The translations under genes and the position numbers were made by a program. 64,000 nt of DNA from a virus. The DNA lies in IMG/VR virus record IMGVR_UViG_3300033143_002031, positions 32,001 through 96,000 of that record; one strand, written 5' to 3'. The notes beneath the pieces are model-generated. The model was not told where the DNA came from, did not search any database, and was given only the letters and a program-made list of their open reading frames with translations. This document shows positions 1 through 9,274 of the stretch, piece after piece. The stretch's first letter is position 1. Each line of letters starts with the position of its first letter.

Positions 1-151
1 TGGAACCCACTTCGGCCTCCAGGCGAGCCCTGAGAGGCTCCAGAGCGCCTTCCAGGAGGCCCCAGCGCAGCCCCCGCCCCGGGCACCTATCGGCAGGAGG
101 TCCACGCCACGCGGAGCGGTCATCCCCTCCAGGCGAGGCGGCGACGAGCCG

Positions 152-388
152 ATGGGCTTCACCAAGGGTGCGATCACGAAATACCACGGCCAGCGGGCCA
201 AGCGCGTGAGCCAGCGGACGCCGAGGACGACGCAGCTACCGAGCGGAGTCAAGCAGGAGATTCCGGACTCCCTGATGCAGATGCTCGGGACCGACTGGAA
301 GAACATGCGCGCCACGCGCGTCCACGACAACCGCATGACCATCAACATTGACGGTGTTCGGTTCTCGGTCTACACGAGGAGAGGGTAA
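152..388 (+). CDS. hypothetical protein
   Basis: ORF with GC3-biased codons, 4 nt upstream of the next gene. Confidence 0.55.
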   Translation: MGFTKGAITKYHGQRAKRVSQRTPRTTQLPSGVKQEIPDSLMQMLGTDWKNMRATRVHDNRMTINIDGVRFSVYTRRG

Positions 389-392
389 GACA

Positions 393-3300
393 ATGACAGA
401 CCACCATAGCCATCTTCGCCGCCTTGTTGAGTCTCGGTCGGATGATACGCACCTGGACCCCATGGCTCATTTCCAGACGCTCTCTGGCATCCGTCCGACG
501 CTTCCGGGCCTGACCGAAGAGGACGAGAGCGTCTTCGACAAGCCCCAGTGGGTCAAGGACTTCAAGGCCGGCTGGGAGGCATCGAAGAAGGCGAAGAAGG
601 AGATTCCGCCGAAGAAGGCGTACAACATGGCCCGGGTCAGCAAGAAGCACGGCACCTACTGGATCGACGGCTATGCGGCGTGGGTTGATCACAAGCGTGG
701 AGCCCACGCCCAGCCAGGTGTCCGCGACGCGAAGAAGATGGGTCTCACCGAGGACGTCGAGTTCACCGAGAGAACGGTCCTCGGAGACGTCGCGACCTTC
801 CTGAAGCGCAAGGACGTGGACAATCTCTCGGCAGCGGACGAGAAGCACGTGGCCATGATGCTGGGGCACATGGGCAAGGGCGAGCTACAGCAGATCATCC
901 GCGCGTGGGATCGGCCCCTGCACCACCGCAACCCGGAGAAGGTGTTCATCGTCGACACGGCCAAGGACGTGCTCTCCCACAAGATCCACTCCGAGGACGT
1001 GGACGACCTGGACGAGGGCGATCCCAAGATGCTGTCGAAGCTCGGGAAGCCGGTGAAGGTCGTCAAGGCTGGCGTCATGAAGCTCTACGTCTACCGCTCC
1101 AAGAGCCCGTACAGCAAGTACGCGGTGGTCGTGCAGGGCAAGGGAGGCAAGAAGGAATTGCCCGGGGCGAGCGGGAACACGCCGGAAGAGGCGATCGAGA
1201 AGACCAAGGCGATGCTGAAGAAGGCTGGTGGCAAAGTCGAGGACGTGGACGATCTCAGCGAACGCGCGCCACGCTACGCGGCGGGCGGGAAGTCGCTCGG
1301 CTACTTCCTCTCAGGTTTGGATCTCGTCATCGAGAACCAGAAGAAGTACGGCAGGCCGACCTACGTTGGTAGCGCCGTGCGCAAACTCACCCACGATCAG
1401 GCTCAGTGGGTCGTCAAGAGAGTACCCACTGCCGGATGGATGGAAGGCCCGAACCCCACCGAGGGGAAGAAGGCTGTCTATCTGGACGCGCACAGCCGCA
1501 AGATGTGGGACTTCCGAAATGAACTGGAGACCCAAGCCTACGAGGAGGACGTGGATGACCTCGGCGAGGCGGTCCCGCTCAACGTGGCGGCAAAGGAGGC
1601 CAACGCTATCGCCTCTGGTGCCGCGAAGCTGGCTCGCATGCTCGGTCAAGGACGTGCAGCGCAGATGAGCAAGAGCGACTACACCAAGGCTCGAAAGCTC
1701 GTCGGCGAGATGCTATTCACGGCTGCCAGGGCGATGGATGCTCTGAGCATGGACGTGAAGCCGATCCTTCACGCCTCGAAGCAAGCCAAGGGCGGGATGT
1801 CCGAGGCTAGCATCGTGCGAGGGGCTTCCCCGATGGCGGACCTTCCCGGCGGTGGCGGCGCAGGGATGTACGCTTCCGACCTCCAGGGGTTCGCACGCGA
1901 GTTGGGGCGGCATCTCGGACAGGCCGGAGCAGATTACCAGTCCAAGGCTGCGAACCGGGCTCGTGGTGCGCTCGGGTCGGTCTTGGCGGCCCTCGGCGTC
2001 ATCATGAAGAACATCGGCCTGGAAGCTGCTTCCATCGGCGTCCGCAAGTCGGCTCGGGGGATCTTCAAGAAGTACGGGAAGATGGCAGGGCAGTCCAATT
2101 GGCTCGAAGCCATGGAAGACGAGGACGATCTGGACGAGGCCGACAAGCTCGGCAAGCCGGACGTCATCACCGGCATGAAGTTCGGCACTCGCTACAAGTA
2201 CAACCACGGGATCTTCATCGACCACGTGGAGGACAAGCGCGAGTACCACGTCTCTCAGGCTGGGCGACCCTCGAAGAAGCTGGGGTACGCCAAGACGCTG
2301 GCCAAGGCCAAGGAGATTGCCCTGCGGAAGGGCGACTTCATGGAGAGCGCCGACGATCTGGACGAGCGCCAGAAGGTCGAGCCCGGCATGGGCGGCGAGA
2401 CCGTGCCCGGCTCGATCAAGATCCACCCCGGGAAGTGGGGTGACTTCGGCAAGCGTGGGCCGAAGACCGTGACGTCCAAGCCCGTGATGACCCGGCAGGG
2501 CTCCTTCAAGTTGAGCAGCCAAGCCCTGAAGATGTTCGCCAAGATGGGCGACACGCCGGACCAGGCCCTCTTCAAGGGTCAGCAGAAGATCATGAACGCG
2601 ATCCCGCGCGAAAAACTCCCCACGGTCATCGGGGAGACGGACATCGCGGGCGCTCAGGACGAACTAGCTCGCAACCCGAAGGGCGCTATCCAGAAGTTCA
2701 TGCGGAACATCCACAAGGTGTCTCCGAAGGCTGGCAAGATGCTCCGCGCTGTGCCGGAGAACGCCGCGCTGTACTTCTACATCTACGCGATGAACGTGAG
2801 CGGCCGGGACATGGCCGACGAGATCCTGAAGCGGTACCTCACGACTCACCAGGCGTTCAAGCCGGTGAAGAAGGAGGACGTGGACGACCTGGACGAGGCC
2901 ATGGGCCTCGTGAAGGGTGACAAGGTTCGAGTCACCAAGGGGAAGATGAAGGGGCTGAAGGGTGTAGTCACCTATGTCGGCTCAGGGCCGAAAGGCGACA
3001 AGGTATCTGTCCGCATCGACCACCCTGTGCATCGCATGATGGGACCTGCTCTTGTGGACCCGAAGATTCTTGTGAAGGAGGACGTGGACGACCTGGACGA
3101 GGCCAAAGAGCGGTTCGAGTTGGTCTACGGGTCCGGTGGGACCGGCGGCCCGTACTGGACCGAGTGGGCGGCCATGGAGCAGGCTGAAAAGCTCATGAAG
3201 GGCAGCCGCAGCGAGACGTGGATCGCGGTTGTACCCGCCCGGCAAACTACGGACCTCGCTAAGGCCAAGCCCACGGCCTACCTGCACCGGAAGAAGAAGG

Positions 3301-3464
3301 GTTGGACCAAGGGCGGCGGCATGACCCTGAAGCAGATCTTCAAGGGCCACTTCCGCGAGGGGGTCGACCCTGTGGCAGACGGCAACGTGCTGATCACTGA
3401 CGACGTGCGACGGTTCCGCGTTCTCGTGGGCATGGACCCGCTGCCGCGACGCCTGGAGGGTTGA
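393..3464 (+). CDS. putative internal head (core) polyprotein with seven acidic EDVDDL(D/S/G)E linkers and a KOW-like module
   Basis: Start moved to ATG 393 after GGAGAGG SD; repeated linkers; FQTLSGI and FRVLVGM motifs near the two ends; KOW-like VKGDKVRVTKGKMKGLKGVV. Confidence 0.7.
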   Translation: MTDHHSHLRRLVESRSDDTHLDPMAHFQTLSGIRPTLPGLTEEDESVFDKPQWVKDFKAGWEASKKAKKEIPPKKAYNMARVSKKHGTYWIDGYAAWVDHKRGAHAQPGVRDAKKMGLTEDVEFTERTVLGDVATFLKRKDVDNLSAADEKHVAMMLGHMGKGELQQIIRAWDRPLHHRNPEKVFIVDTAKDVLSHKIHSEDVDDLDEGDPKMLSKLGKPVKVVKAGVMKLYVYRSKSPYSKYAVVVQGKGGKKELPGASGNTPEEAIEKTKAMLKKAGGKVEDVDDLSERAPRYAAGGKSLGYFLSGLDLVIENQKKYGRPTYVGSAVRKLTHDQAQWVVKRVPTAGWMEGPNPTEGKKAVYLDAHSRKMWDFRNELETQAYEEDVDDLGEAVPLNVAAKEANAIASGAAKLARMLGQGRAAQMSKSDYTKARKLVGEMLFTAARAMDALSMDVKPILHASKQAKGGMSEASIVRGASPMADLPGGGGAGMYASDLQGFARELGRHLGQAGADYQSKAANRARGALGSVLAALGVIMKNIGLEAASIGVRKSARGIFKKYGKMAGQSNWLEAMEDEDDLDEADKLGKPDVITGMKFGTRYKYNHGIFIDHVEDKREYHVSQAGRPSKKLGYAKTLAKAKEIALRKGDFMESADDLDERQKVEPGMGGETVPGSIKIHPGKWGDFGKRGPKTVTSKPVMTRQGSFKLSSQALKMFAKMGDTPDQALFKGQQKIMNAIPREKLPTVIGETDIAGAQDELARNPKGAIQKFMRNIHKVSPKAGKMLRAVPENAALYFYIYAMNVSGRDMADEILKRYLTTHQAFKPVKKEDVDDLDEAMGLVKGDKVRVTKGKMKGLKGVVTYVGSGPKGDKVSVRIDHPVHRMMGPALVDPKILVKEDVDDLDEAKERFELVYGSGGTGGPYWTEWAAMEQAEKLMKGSRSETWIAVVPARQTTDLAKAKPTAYLHRKKKGWTKGGGMTLKQIFKGHFREGVDPVADGNVLITDDVRRFRVLVGMDPLPRRLEG

Positions 3465-3502
3465 TCGGCGACGATACACGGACGTAGGAAAGGACTAGGA
3501 CG

Positions 3503-3916
3503 ATGGGTGTTGTGGAACGGACATGGAAGGAACTCGGGTATGAGATCGAGGCGACGGGCTGGAAGGTATGGGTCCGGACGATGCCTCACCCGAGGAAGCA
3601 CGGAAGCCTCTGGCTCCCTCCGAAGGCGGGGAGCTTTCACGGCGAGCTACCGCACCTCCGGACGGTCTTCGCGACTGTCCTGAGTGCGGGTCCCCTGGGT
3701 GCGGCGTTGGAGTTGGAGCCGGGGGATATCATAGCCTTCAAGCGCCTGGAGTTCGCGTGGTGGAAGAAGCTGGAGTCCACGCAGGCTGATGAGTACGGTA
3801 GCGATGAGGAGTTCGTAGGTTATTTGGATGCGAACCACATCGTCTATATCGTGGAGGAAGCCGATGGTGTTCGAGTCGCACGAGACGCTGGGGAAGCTGC
3901 GGCAGCACCTATGTGA
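3503..3916 (+). CDS. divergent GroES/Cpn10-like co-chaperonin (T4 gp31-like)
   Basis: GWKVWVR..GSLWLP..ATVLSAGP..LEPGDIIAF..HIVYIVE follows the GroES strand pattern. Confidence 0.65.
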   Translation: MGVVERTWKELGYEIEATGWKVWVRTMPHPRKHGSLWLPPKAGSFHGELPHLRTVFATVLSAGPLGAALELEPGDIIAFKRLEFAWWKKLESTQADEYGSDEEFVGYLDANHIVYIVEEADGVRVARDAGEAAAAPM

Positions 3917-4520
3917 GGCTGTCGGGAAGGTCCCCTTCGGCACGATGATCGGCTGGCGCACGCCGGGCGGACGTGCCTACGGTGTCGTGGTCGGCATGGA
4001 GGGAAAGGAACTTCTCGCCCTGACGACCTACGACAAGGTCCTGAAGAAGGATCGCGGCCTGAAGTACTACCGGGACGAGGCACTGTCCAACAAACTCGAC
4101 CCCCTTATGCCCAGCGTCGTGATGGACCTCCAGCGAGTGCCGGCCGCCAAGGCGTTCAAGCACGGGCGTGTCACGGGCGCGGCCCTGAAGCCCTACACGG
4201 TGGCGGCGAAGCACCTGCAACTCGGAGGGCTCGACGGGTCCATTGGCAGCGAGTTCAAAAGAAGGAGCGAGGACATGAATTTCACAGAAGCCAACGCGAA
4301 GCTGGAAGCCATCCGGGAGGCCCTGGGCAGGCCAGGAGCAGGTCACGAGGAGAGTCGTGTCCCTGAATTCGACCATGCGTGCACGAAAGCGAAAGAGGCG
4401 GTAGGCGAAGCCTTCAAGCCGCTGCGGAAGAAGCACCCGGACGAATTTGCCAAGGTCCACAAACTCTACAGCGATGCGATCGACGCACTGGCCAAGGCAC
4501 AATACAAGTTGCGCCACTAG
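3864..4520 (+). CDS. hypothetical (possible virion) protein
   Basis: ATG 3864 after GGAGG; good codon bias. Confidence 0.65.
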   Translation: MVFESHETLGKLRQHLCEAVGKVPFGTMIGWRTPGGRAYGVVVGMEGKELLALTTYDKVLKKDRGLKYYRDEALSNKLDPLMPSVVMDLQRVPAAKAFKHGRVTGAALKPYTVAAKHLQLGGLDGSIGSEFKRRSEDMNFTEANAKLEAIREALGRPGAGHEESRVPEFDHACTKAKEAVGEAFKPLRKKHPDEFAKVHKLYSDAIDALAKAQYKLRH

Positions 4521-4529
4521 GGGGCCGGC

Positions 4530-5300
4530 ATGACCATCTATAGTGACACCCTCGGCATCCTCCAGGAGCTACGGGCTCAGTTCGAGCCGCTCGAACCTGA
4601 CGCCCCGTGGGACGGCACCCTGGACGACTGGTACGAGCACTTCGAGCGCAAACTCGATCTCGACATCACCGAAGAGGAGATGGAGGAGGGCTCCCGCGCC
4701 GTCATGCACTGGGTGAAGAAGAAGTTCGGCGCTGCCAAGATGAAGGCCCACCGCGCGTTCGTGAAGATGGTCCGCAAGAACCCGTCCGCGCACCGCCGCA
4801 AGATGCGCCAGAGCGCGAAGTACCACCGGCTCCACAAGTGGCACGACAAGCTCATGCAGAAGACCAGCCGACCCGGCTGGGTTCGTCGTCACATCCGGGC
4901 TCACGAGGAGATTCCGGACGATCTGATGGCTCTCTCCGAGCGCGACCCGGGCCAGGCGTTCATGGACCTGCCCTTCGAGCTACGCACGACTGAGGGAGGC
5001 GCCACGGACTCCGGCGCCGAGTTGACGGACAAGGGCCGCGCCAAGGCGGCTCAGGCAGCCAGCGACAAGACCGGGAAGGCCGTTCCCCAGCACTACCAGA
5101 AGACCTGCTCCATGGCGTCGTTCAACGCCAACGTCCGCTATTTCTACGATGTCAAAGGGAAGGAGTGGGAGGGCTCGAAGCAGGAGAAACTCCAGCGGGC
5201 CATTGCCGCGTCCTACAGCGTCCTGAAGCGTGCTTGTGGGGTTCACCCGAAAGAGCGCATGACCCCTTCTCAGATCGTGAAGCATGGAAGCAAGGCGTGA
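4530..5300 (+). CDS. hypothetical protein with acidic then His/Lys/Arg-rich segments
   Basis: ORF, codon bias. Confidence 0.7.
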   Translation: MTIYSDTLGILQELRAQFEPLEPDAPWDGTLDDWYEHFERKLDLDITEEEMEEGSRAVMHWVKKKFGAAKMKAHRAFVKMVRKNPSAHRRKMRQSAKYHRLHKWHDKLMQKTSRPGWVRRHIRAHEEIPDDLMALSERDPGQAFMDLPFELRTTEGGATDSGAELTDKGRAKAAQAASDKTGKAVPQHYQKTCSMASFNANVRYFYDVKGKEWEGSKQEKLQRAIAASYSVLKRACGVHPKERMTPSQIVKHGSKA

Positions 5301-5764
5301 GGGTCGCAGACACCGAGCGGTTCGGTAGGAAAGTCCAGAAATCAGCCGGGTGTTGGGTATGGGCCGCATACAAGGACAACGAAGGGTACGGACATTTCTA
5401 CTTCGAGGGACGTCGGGAGCTTGCACACCGTGTGGCGTGGGTTCTGGCAAACGGTGATATCCCGGACGATCTGTTCGTGCTTCACTCGTGTGACAATCCC
5501 TCTTGTGTTAGACCTGATCATCTCTTCCTCGGAACTCAATTGGAGAACATCCAAGATCGGAACGTGAAGGGTCGGACCTCGTGTGTGTCCCGGAACGTCG
5601 GAGCTTCGCATGGTCTCGCGAAATTGGATGAGGTGACTGTTCGTGTGGTGAGGGAGAGGTACTGTGGTGGAGGTATTACTCAGCGAGCGTTAGCCGAGGA
5701 GTTCGGGGTTTCTCAGCAGACCATTTCTAGGGCCGTGCGTGGAGAACTCTGGTCGCACGTTTGA
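5297..5764 (+). CDS. HNH homing endonuclease
   Basis: CWVW..GYG..AHRVAW..VLHSCDNPSCVRPDHLFLGTQLEN; GTG overlaps upstream stop; codon usage more AT-rich than neighbours. Confidence 0.9.
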   Translation: MRVADTERFGRKVQKSAGCWVWAAYKDNEGYGHFYFEGRRELAHRVAWVLANGDIPDDLFVLHSCDNPSCVRPDHLFLGTQLENIQDRNVKGRTSCVSRNVGASHGLAKLDEVTVRVVRERYCGGGITQRALAEEFGVSQQTISRAVRGELWSHV

Positions 5765-5772
5765 TCCCACCC

Positions 5773-5808
5773 TTTGCTCTTGACTACTCCCTTCTTATCT
5801 GGTAGCCC
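5773..5808 (+). promoter_or_regulatory. sigma70-like promoter, leaderless
   Basis: TTTGCTC-TTGACT-N17-TAGCCC, ATG 8 nt downstream. Confidence 0.55.
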
Positions 5809-5816
5809 TTGTCTTC

Positions 5817-6470
5817 ATGAGTTCAACGAAAAGAGGGGGCCAGCGCTCACCCGCAGATCAATATCCCACGCCCCCCTGGTGCGTTCATCGTCTCATGGAC
5901 CGCGTGAAGCTGCCGACCGAGGGCATCTGGTACGAGCCCTGTGCCGGCGACGGCTCGATCATTCAGACCGTCAACACACGAGGCTTCTACCCGGAGTGGT
6001 GGGCGAACGAGCTTCGCGAGGAGGAGAGGCCGAAGCTCACGGTGTCTCTGCCACGTGATGGCACGCTCACCATCGGGGACTACCTGGACCCCGGTCTCCA
6101 ACTGCCGCCTCGTGACCTCGTGACGCTGGTCAAGACGAATCCGCCCTACCGCATTGCGTGGGAGGTGTTGCACAAGAGCCTGCGTGAGTTCCCGCTGGCT
6201 CACATCATGTTGCTCCTGCGGGTAAACTTCATCGCCTCGCAGGCCCGGCACGGCTTCATGAGTCAGTTCATGCCGGATCTGTACGTGCTGCCGAACCGGC
6301 CCGGCTTCAAGGGCTGGGGCAAGACGGATAGCCCGGAATATGGCTGGTTCCACTGGCACCCGAGCCCACGGGCACGCACGCGAGGGGCTATCGAGCTACT
6401 GGAACTGACCTCGAAAGAAGAGCGGAAGCGAGTTCCCGACGCTCCGATCGTCTATCCAGTGGAAGCGTAG
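5817..6470 (+). CDS. DNA N6-adenine methyltransferase
   Basis: SAM-binding EPCAGDG and catalytic TNPPY motifs; N-terminal DQYPTP. Confidence 0.85.
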   Translation: MSSTKRGGQRSPADQYPTPPWCVHRLMDRVKLPTEGIWYEPCAGDGSIIQTVNTRGFYPEWWANELREEERPKLTVSLPRDGTLTIGDYLDPGLQLPPRDLVTLVKTNPPYRIAWEVLHKSLREFPLAHIMLLLRVNFIASQARHGFMSQFMPDLYVLPNRPGFKGWGKTDSPEYGWFHWHPSPRARTRGAIELLELTSKEERKRVPDAPIVYPVEA

Positions 6471-6481
6471 AATGTGCTGCT

Positions 6482-6733
6482 ATGAGCAGGCGAGGCAGGC
6501 CGGCGGACGACATGCCACCCATGATCGATCCGAGGTGGGCCGAGTGGTCTGCACCGCTCCTGGATTACCTTGTCGAGAAGCCCCGGACGTGGAAGGGACT
6601 GGAGGCGTGGCGCCGGTCCCAAGGTGTCAGTGGCTACCTGTTTCGCAACTGCCTCGCGTGGCTGGAAGATGCGGGGGTTGTCCGGTCTGAGGGCAGCGGC
6701 AAGCGTGTGAAGTGGAAGGAACGAAAACTTTGA
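6482..6733 (+). CDS. hypothetical protein, possible winged helix
   Basis: ORF, codon bias. Confidence 0.55.
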   Translation: MSRRGRPADDMPPMIDPRWAEWSAPLLDYLVEKPRTWKGLEAWRRSQGVSGYLFRNCLAWLEDAGVVRSEGSGKRVKWKERKL

Positions 6734-6746
6734 GAGGAGACGGACG

Positions 6747-7415
6747 ATGGGGATCAGGTTCAACAACGTGACGGTGCTCTGTGATGCGACTTGCAAGGCG
6801 TGCGAGCACAGGTGTTCGGCCGAGACTGTAGCCTCTCTCGACAATGGTCAACTCCGCGTGCTCATTCCGAGTGGCTGGACGCAGGACGGTGACATTCTGC
6901 TCGGCCCCAACTGCACGGAGGAGAGGGCTCTCAGGCTCGTGCACGGGGCCGATCTACCTGACCCGGCCGAGGACCCTCCAGCGCTTCTGGAGACGCGCAG
7001 GGATCGGCTGGAAACCATGAAGGAGGTCGTCCGCGCTGACCTGGAGGACCGCGAGGCCGAGTTCCCAGAGCTACGCGAGTTCGTCCGGCAGATCGTCTTG
7101 AAGGACGGCGACGTGCCTGACTTCCTGGGGCACATCGGTAACGGCGTGAAGACCCAGGCCGAGGTGCGCGTTCGCGGAGGGTACGTCGAAATCTCCATGA
7201 GACCGCATGGGGTGGAGTTCGACCTCACCGGGAAGAAGGCGTCCAGATGGGAGCCCGGACGGGAGAAGCTGTCCCTGACCATGAAGCATGACAACCTCGT
7301 TCTCGTGGACCCGCCGCCGTTTATGGACCCGCAGGTGGTCGAGTGGGTCCAGAACTGTCTAAAGACCATGGCGCCTGAAGAGGTGTCAGCCACCGACGAA
7401 CCCGTGGCGCAGTGA
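6747..7415 (+). CDS. hypothetical protein
   Basis: AGGAG SD, ORF. Confidence 0.7.
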   Translation: MGIRFNNVTVLCDATCKACEHRCSAETVASLDNGQLRVLIPSGWTQDGDILLGPNCTEERALRLVHGADLPDPAEDPPALLETRRDRLETMKEVVRADLEDREAEFPELREFVRQIVLKDGDVPDFLGHIGNGVKTQAEVRVRGGYVEISMRPHGVEFDLTGKKASRWEPGREKLSLTMKHDNLVLVDPPPFMDPQVVEWVQNCLKTMAPEEVSATDEPVAQ

Positions 7416-7446
7416 GCAAGATCGGCTATACTGCCCCACCTTTGGG

Positions 7447-7653
7447 GTGGAGACGATGTTGCAGTCGAGGGATGAAGTTCGCGCCCTGTTCGGCGGGGCG
7501 CAGATGCAGACCAAGGACTCGCGGCGGAGCCAGGTCGCCGCTGCGAGCTACCTGTACCAGTTGGCGGAGCAAGTCCGTGATGGCTCGGTGCAGGACTTCG
7601 ATGTCCGGTGGAACGCCGCAGGGGACGTTGAGGCTAGCGTGACGCCCCGGTGA
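7447..7653 (+). CDS. hypothetical protein
   Basis: ORF, codon bias. Confidence 0.55.
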   Translation: METMLQSRDEVRALFGGAQMQTKDSRRSQVAAASYLYQLAEQVRDGSVQDFDVRWNAAGDVEASVTPR

Positions 7654-7679
7654 CAAACTCGGGCGTCCGGAGGAGACAC

Positions 7680-8996
7680 ATGGCGAAACAACCGAAGAAG
7701 AAGCCTGTCGATGACGCTGGTGACCCTCTGTACGACAGCCTGCCAGAGGTTCCGCACAAGACGTCACCGGCCCAGGCAGCCAAGAACGTCCCGGCCAAGG
7801 TGCCGGACCAGCGTCAGAGGTTCGAGGGGGCCTCGATCGAGGGAGACGACCCTCTGAAGGACACTGGTGGGGGCGTGAGCATCCCGGACTACCAGGATGC
7901 CTACCAGCCCCCGAGCGCGCCCAAGACCGTGGAGGACGACTTCCAGGGCGGCGAGACGCGCTCTGCGATCCGTATGGCGTTCATCGGTGCCGGGCAGGGC
8001 GGGGGACGCATCGCCCAGGCGTTCTACGACATGGGCTACCGGCGTGTGATGGTCTGCAACACGACCTCGCAGGACATGGAGTCGCTCACCATCCCGGCGA
8101 AGCTGGTCATCGGCAACGATCGGGGCGGCGCCGGCAAGGACCCCGAGGAGGGAAAACTCGCAGCCCAGGAGTCCTACGAAGACCTCATGGACGCCATGAT
8201 GCGAACCTTCGGCGAGGGCGTGGAGCACGTCTACATCTGCGTGGGTGGTGGGGGAGGCTCAGGCACGGGCTCGTGGCCGGTGCTGCTCGACGCAGCGCGG
8301 GAGTACGCCAAGAGCACGAACATCGAGAAGCCCTTTGGCAAGCACCTCGGCGTGATCATGAGCCTGCCCAAGAGGAGCGAGGGCGCCAGGGTCCAGCGCA
8401 ACTCGCACATTGCGATCACCGACGCGCTGTCGAAGCTCAACCGAGGGCTCATCTCCTCCCTGGTCATCGTGGACAACGCCAAGATCCACGAGCTTTACCC
8501 CGGTCTGCCAGTGAAGCAGTTCTGGACCGTGGCCAACCGCAACTTCGCGGCTGTGCTTCACACGTTCAACCTGCTTGCGGCCAAGGACTCGGAGTACAAC
8601 ACCTTCGACCGGGCCGACCTCCGAAGCGTCGTCCAGAACGGCCTCATGGTCTTCGGCATGACGCGAGTGGAGCGCTGGCAGGGCAAGGATGACATCTCGA
8701 AAGCTGTCCGTCAGAACCTCAAGGGTACGCTCCTCGCGGACGGCTTCGACCTGTCCAAGGCGGATATGGCCGGTGCCATCGTCCTGGCCCATGATGAGAT
8801 CCTGTCCGAGATACCCATGGAGAACATCGACTACGCCTTCAGCAGTCTTGGTCGTGCGTTGGGCAACGAGGGCATCACCCTCCACAACGGCATCTACGAG
8901 AGCAAGGGCCGCGTCTCCATGCGGGTCTTCACGATCATCTCTGGCCTCGAAGCCCCTCAAGAGCGGATCGACGAGCTAGAGCAAGCGGCCCGCTAA
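7680..8996 (+). CDS. tubulin/FtsZ-family GTPase (PhuZ/TubZ-like) with ~95-aa low-complexity N-terminal extension
   Basis: FIGAGQGGGRIA, NT, GAGKDPEEG, GGGGGSGTG signature, NTFDRADL; GGAGG SD before ATG 7680. Confidence 0.92.
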   Translation: MAKQPKKKPVDDAGDPLYDSLPEVPHKTSPAQAAKNVPAKVPDQRQRFEGASIEGDDPLKDTGGGVSIPDYQDAYQPPSAPKTVEDDFQGGETRSAIRMAFIGAGQGGGRIAQAFYDMGYRRVMVCNTTSQDMESLTIPAKLVIGNDRGGAGKDPEEGKLAAQESYEDLMDAMMRTFGEGVEHVYICVGGGGGSGTGSWPVLLDAAREYAKSTNIEKPFGKHLGVIMSLPKRSEGARVQRNSHIAITDALSKLNRGLISSLVIVDNAKIHELYPGLPVKQFWTVANRNFAAVLHTFNLLAAKDSEYNTFDRADLRSVVQNGLMVFGMTRVERWQGKDDISKAVRQNLKGTLLADGFDLSKADMAGAIVLAHDEILSEIPMENIDYAFSSLGRALGNEGITLHNGIYESKGRVSMRVFTIISGLEAPQERIDELEQAAR

Positions 8997-9050
8997 CCCC
9001 TCGATCCCTGAAGAGTTTTCATCCTACCCCGTTCGCGCTACCATGTAGTC

Positions 9051-9233
9051 GTGGCTGGCCAACAGGAGTGGGAGCCGGAAGCGACCCCGCCTCGACCGCA
9101 GCCCTTGTGGAAGGTGTACGTGAACGGCCGACTGAAGGCCCTATACGGAATCGAACGGCGGGCTAGCGGAATGAGGCAGGCGAAGCTGTATGCGTGGGTC
9201 GGGGAGCAGCCCCGACGACGCCGCGCGTCCTGA
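9051..9233 (+). CDS. hypothetical small protein
   Basis: GTG-start ORF filling an intergenic gap. Confidence 0.4.
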   Translation: MAGQQEWEPEATPPRPQPLWKVYVNGRLKALYGIERRASGMRQAKLYAWVGEQPRRRRAS

Positions 9234-9274
9234 CCGCTGGTCTCGCAAACTCGATCCATGATATAGAGGATGAC

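Noticed and set aside
348-392. N-terminal extension of the 1038-aa ORF from 348
   Set aside because: Overlaps the upstream gene; the SD supports ATG 393.
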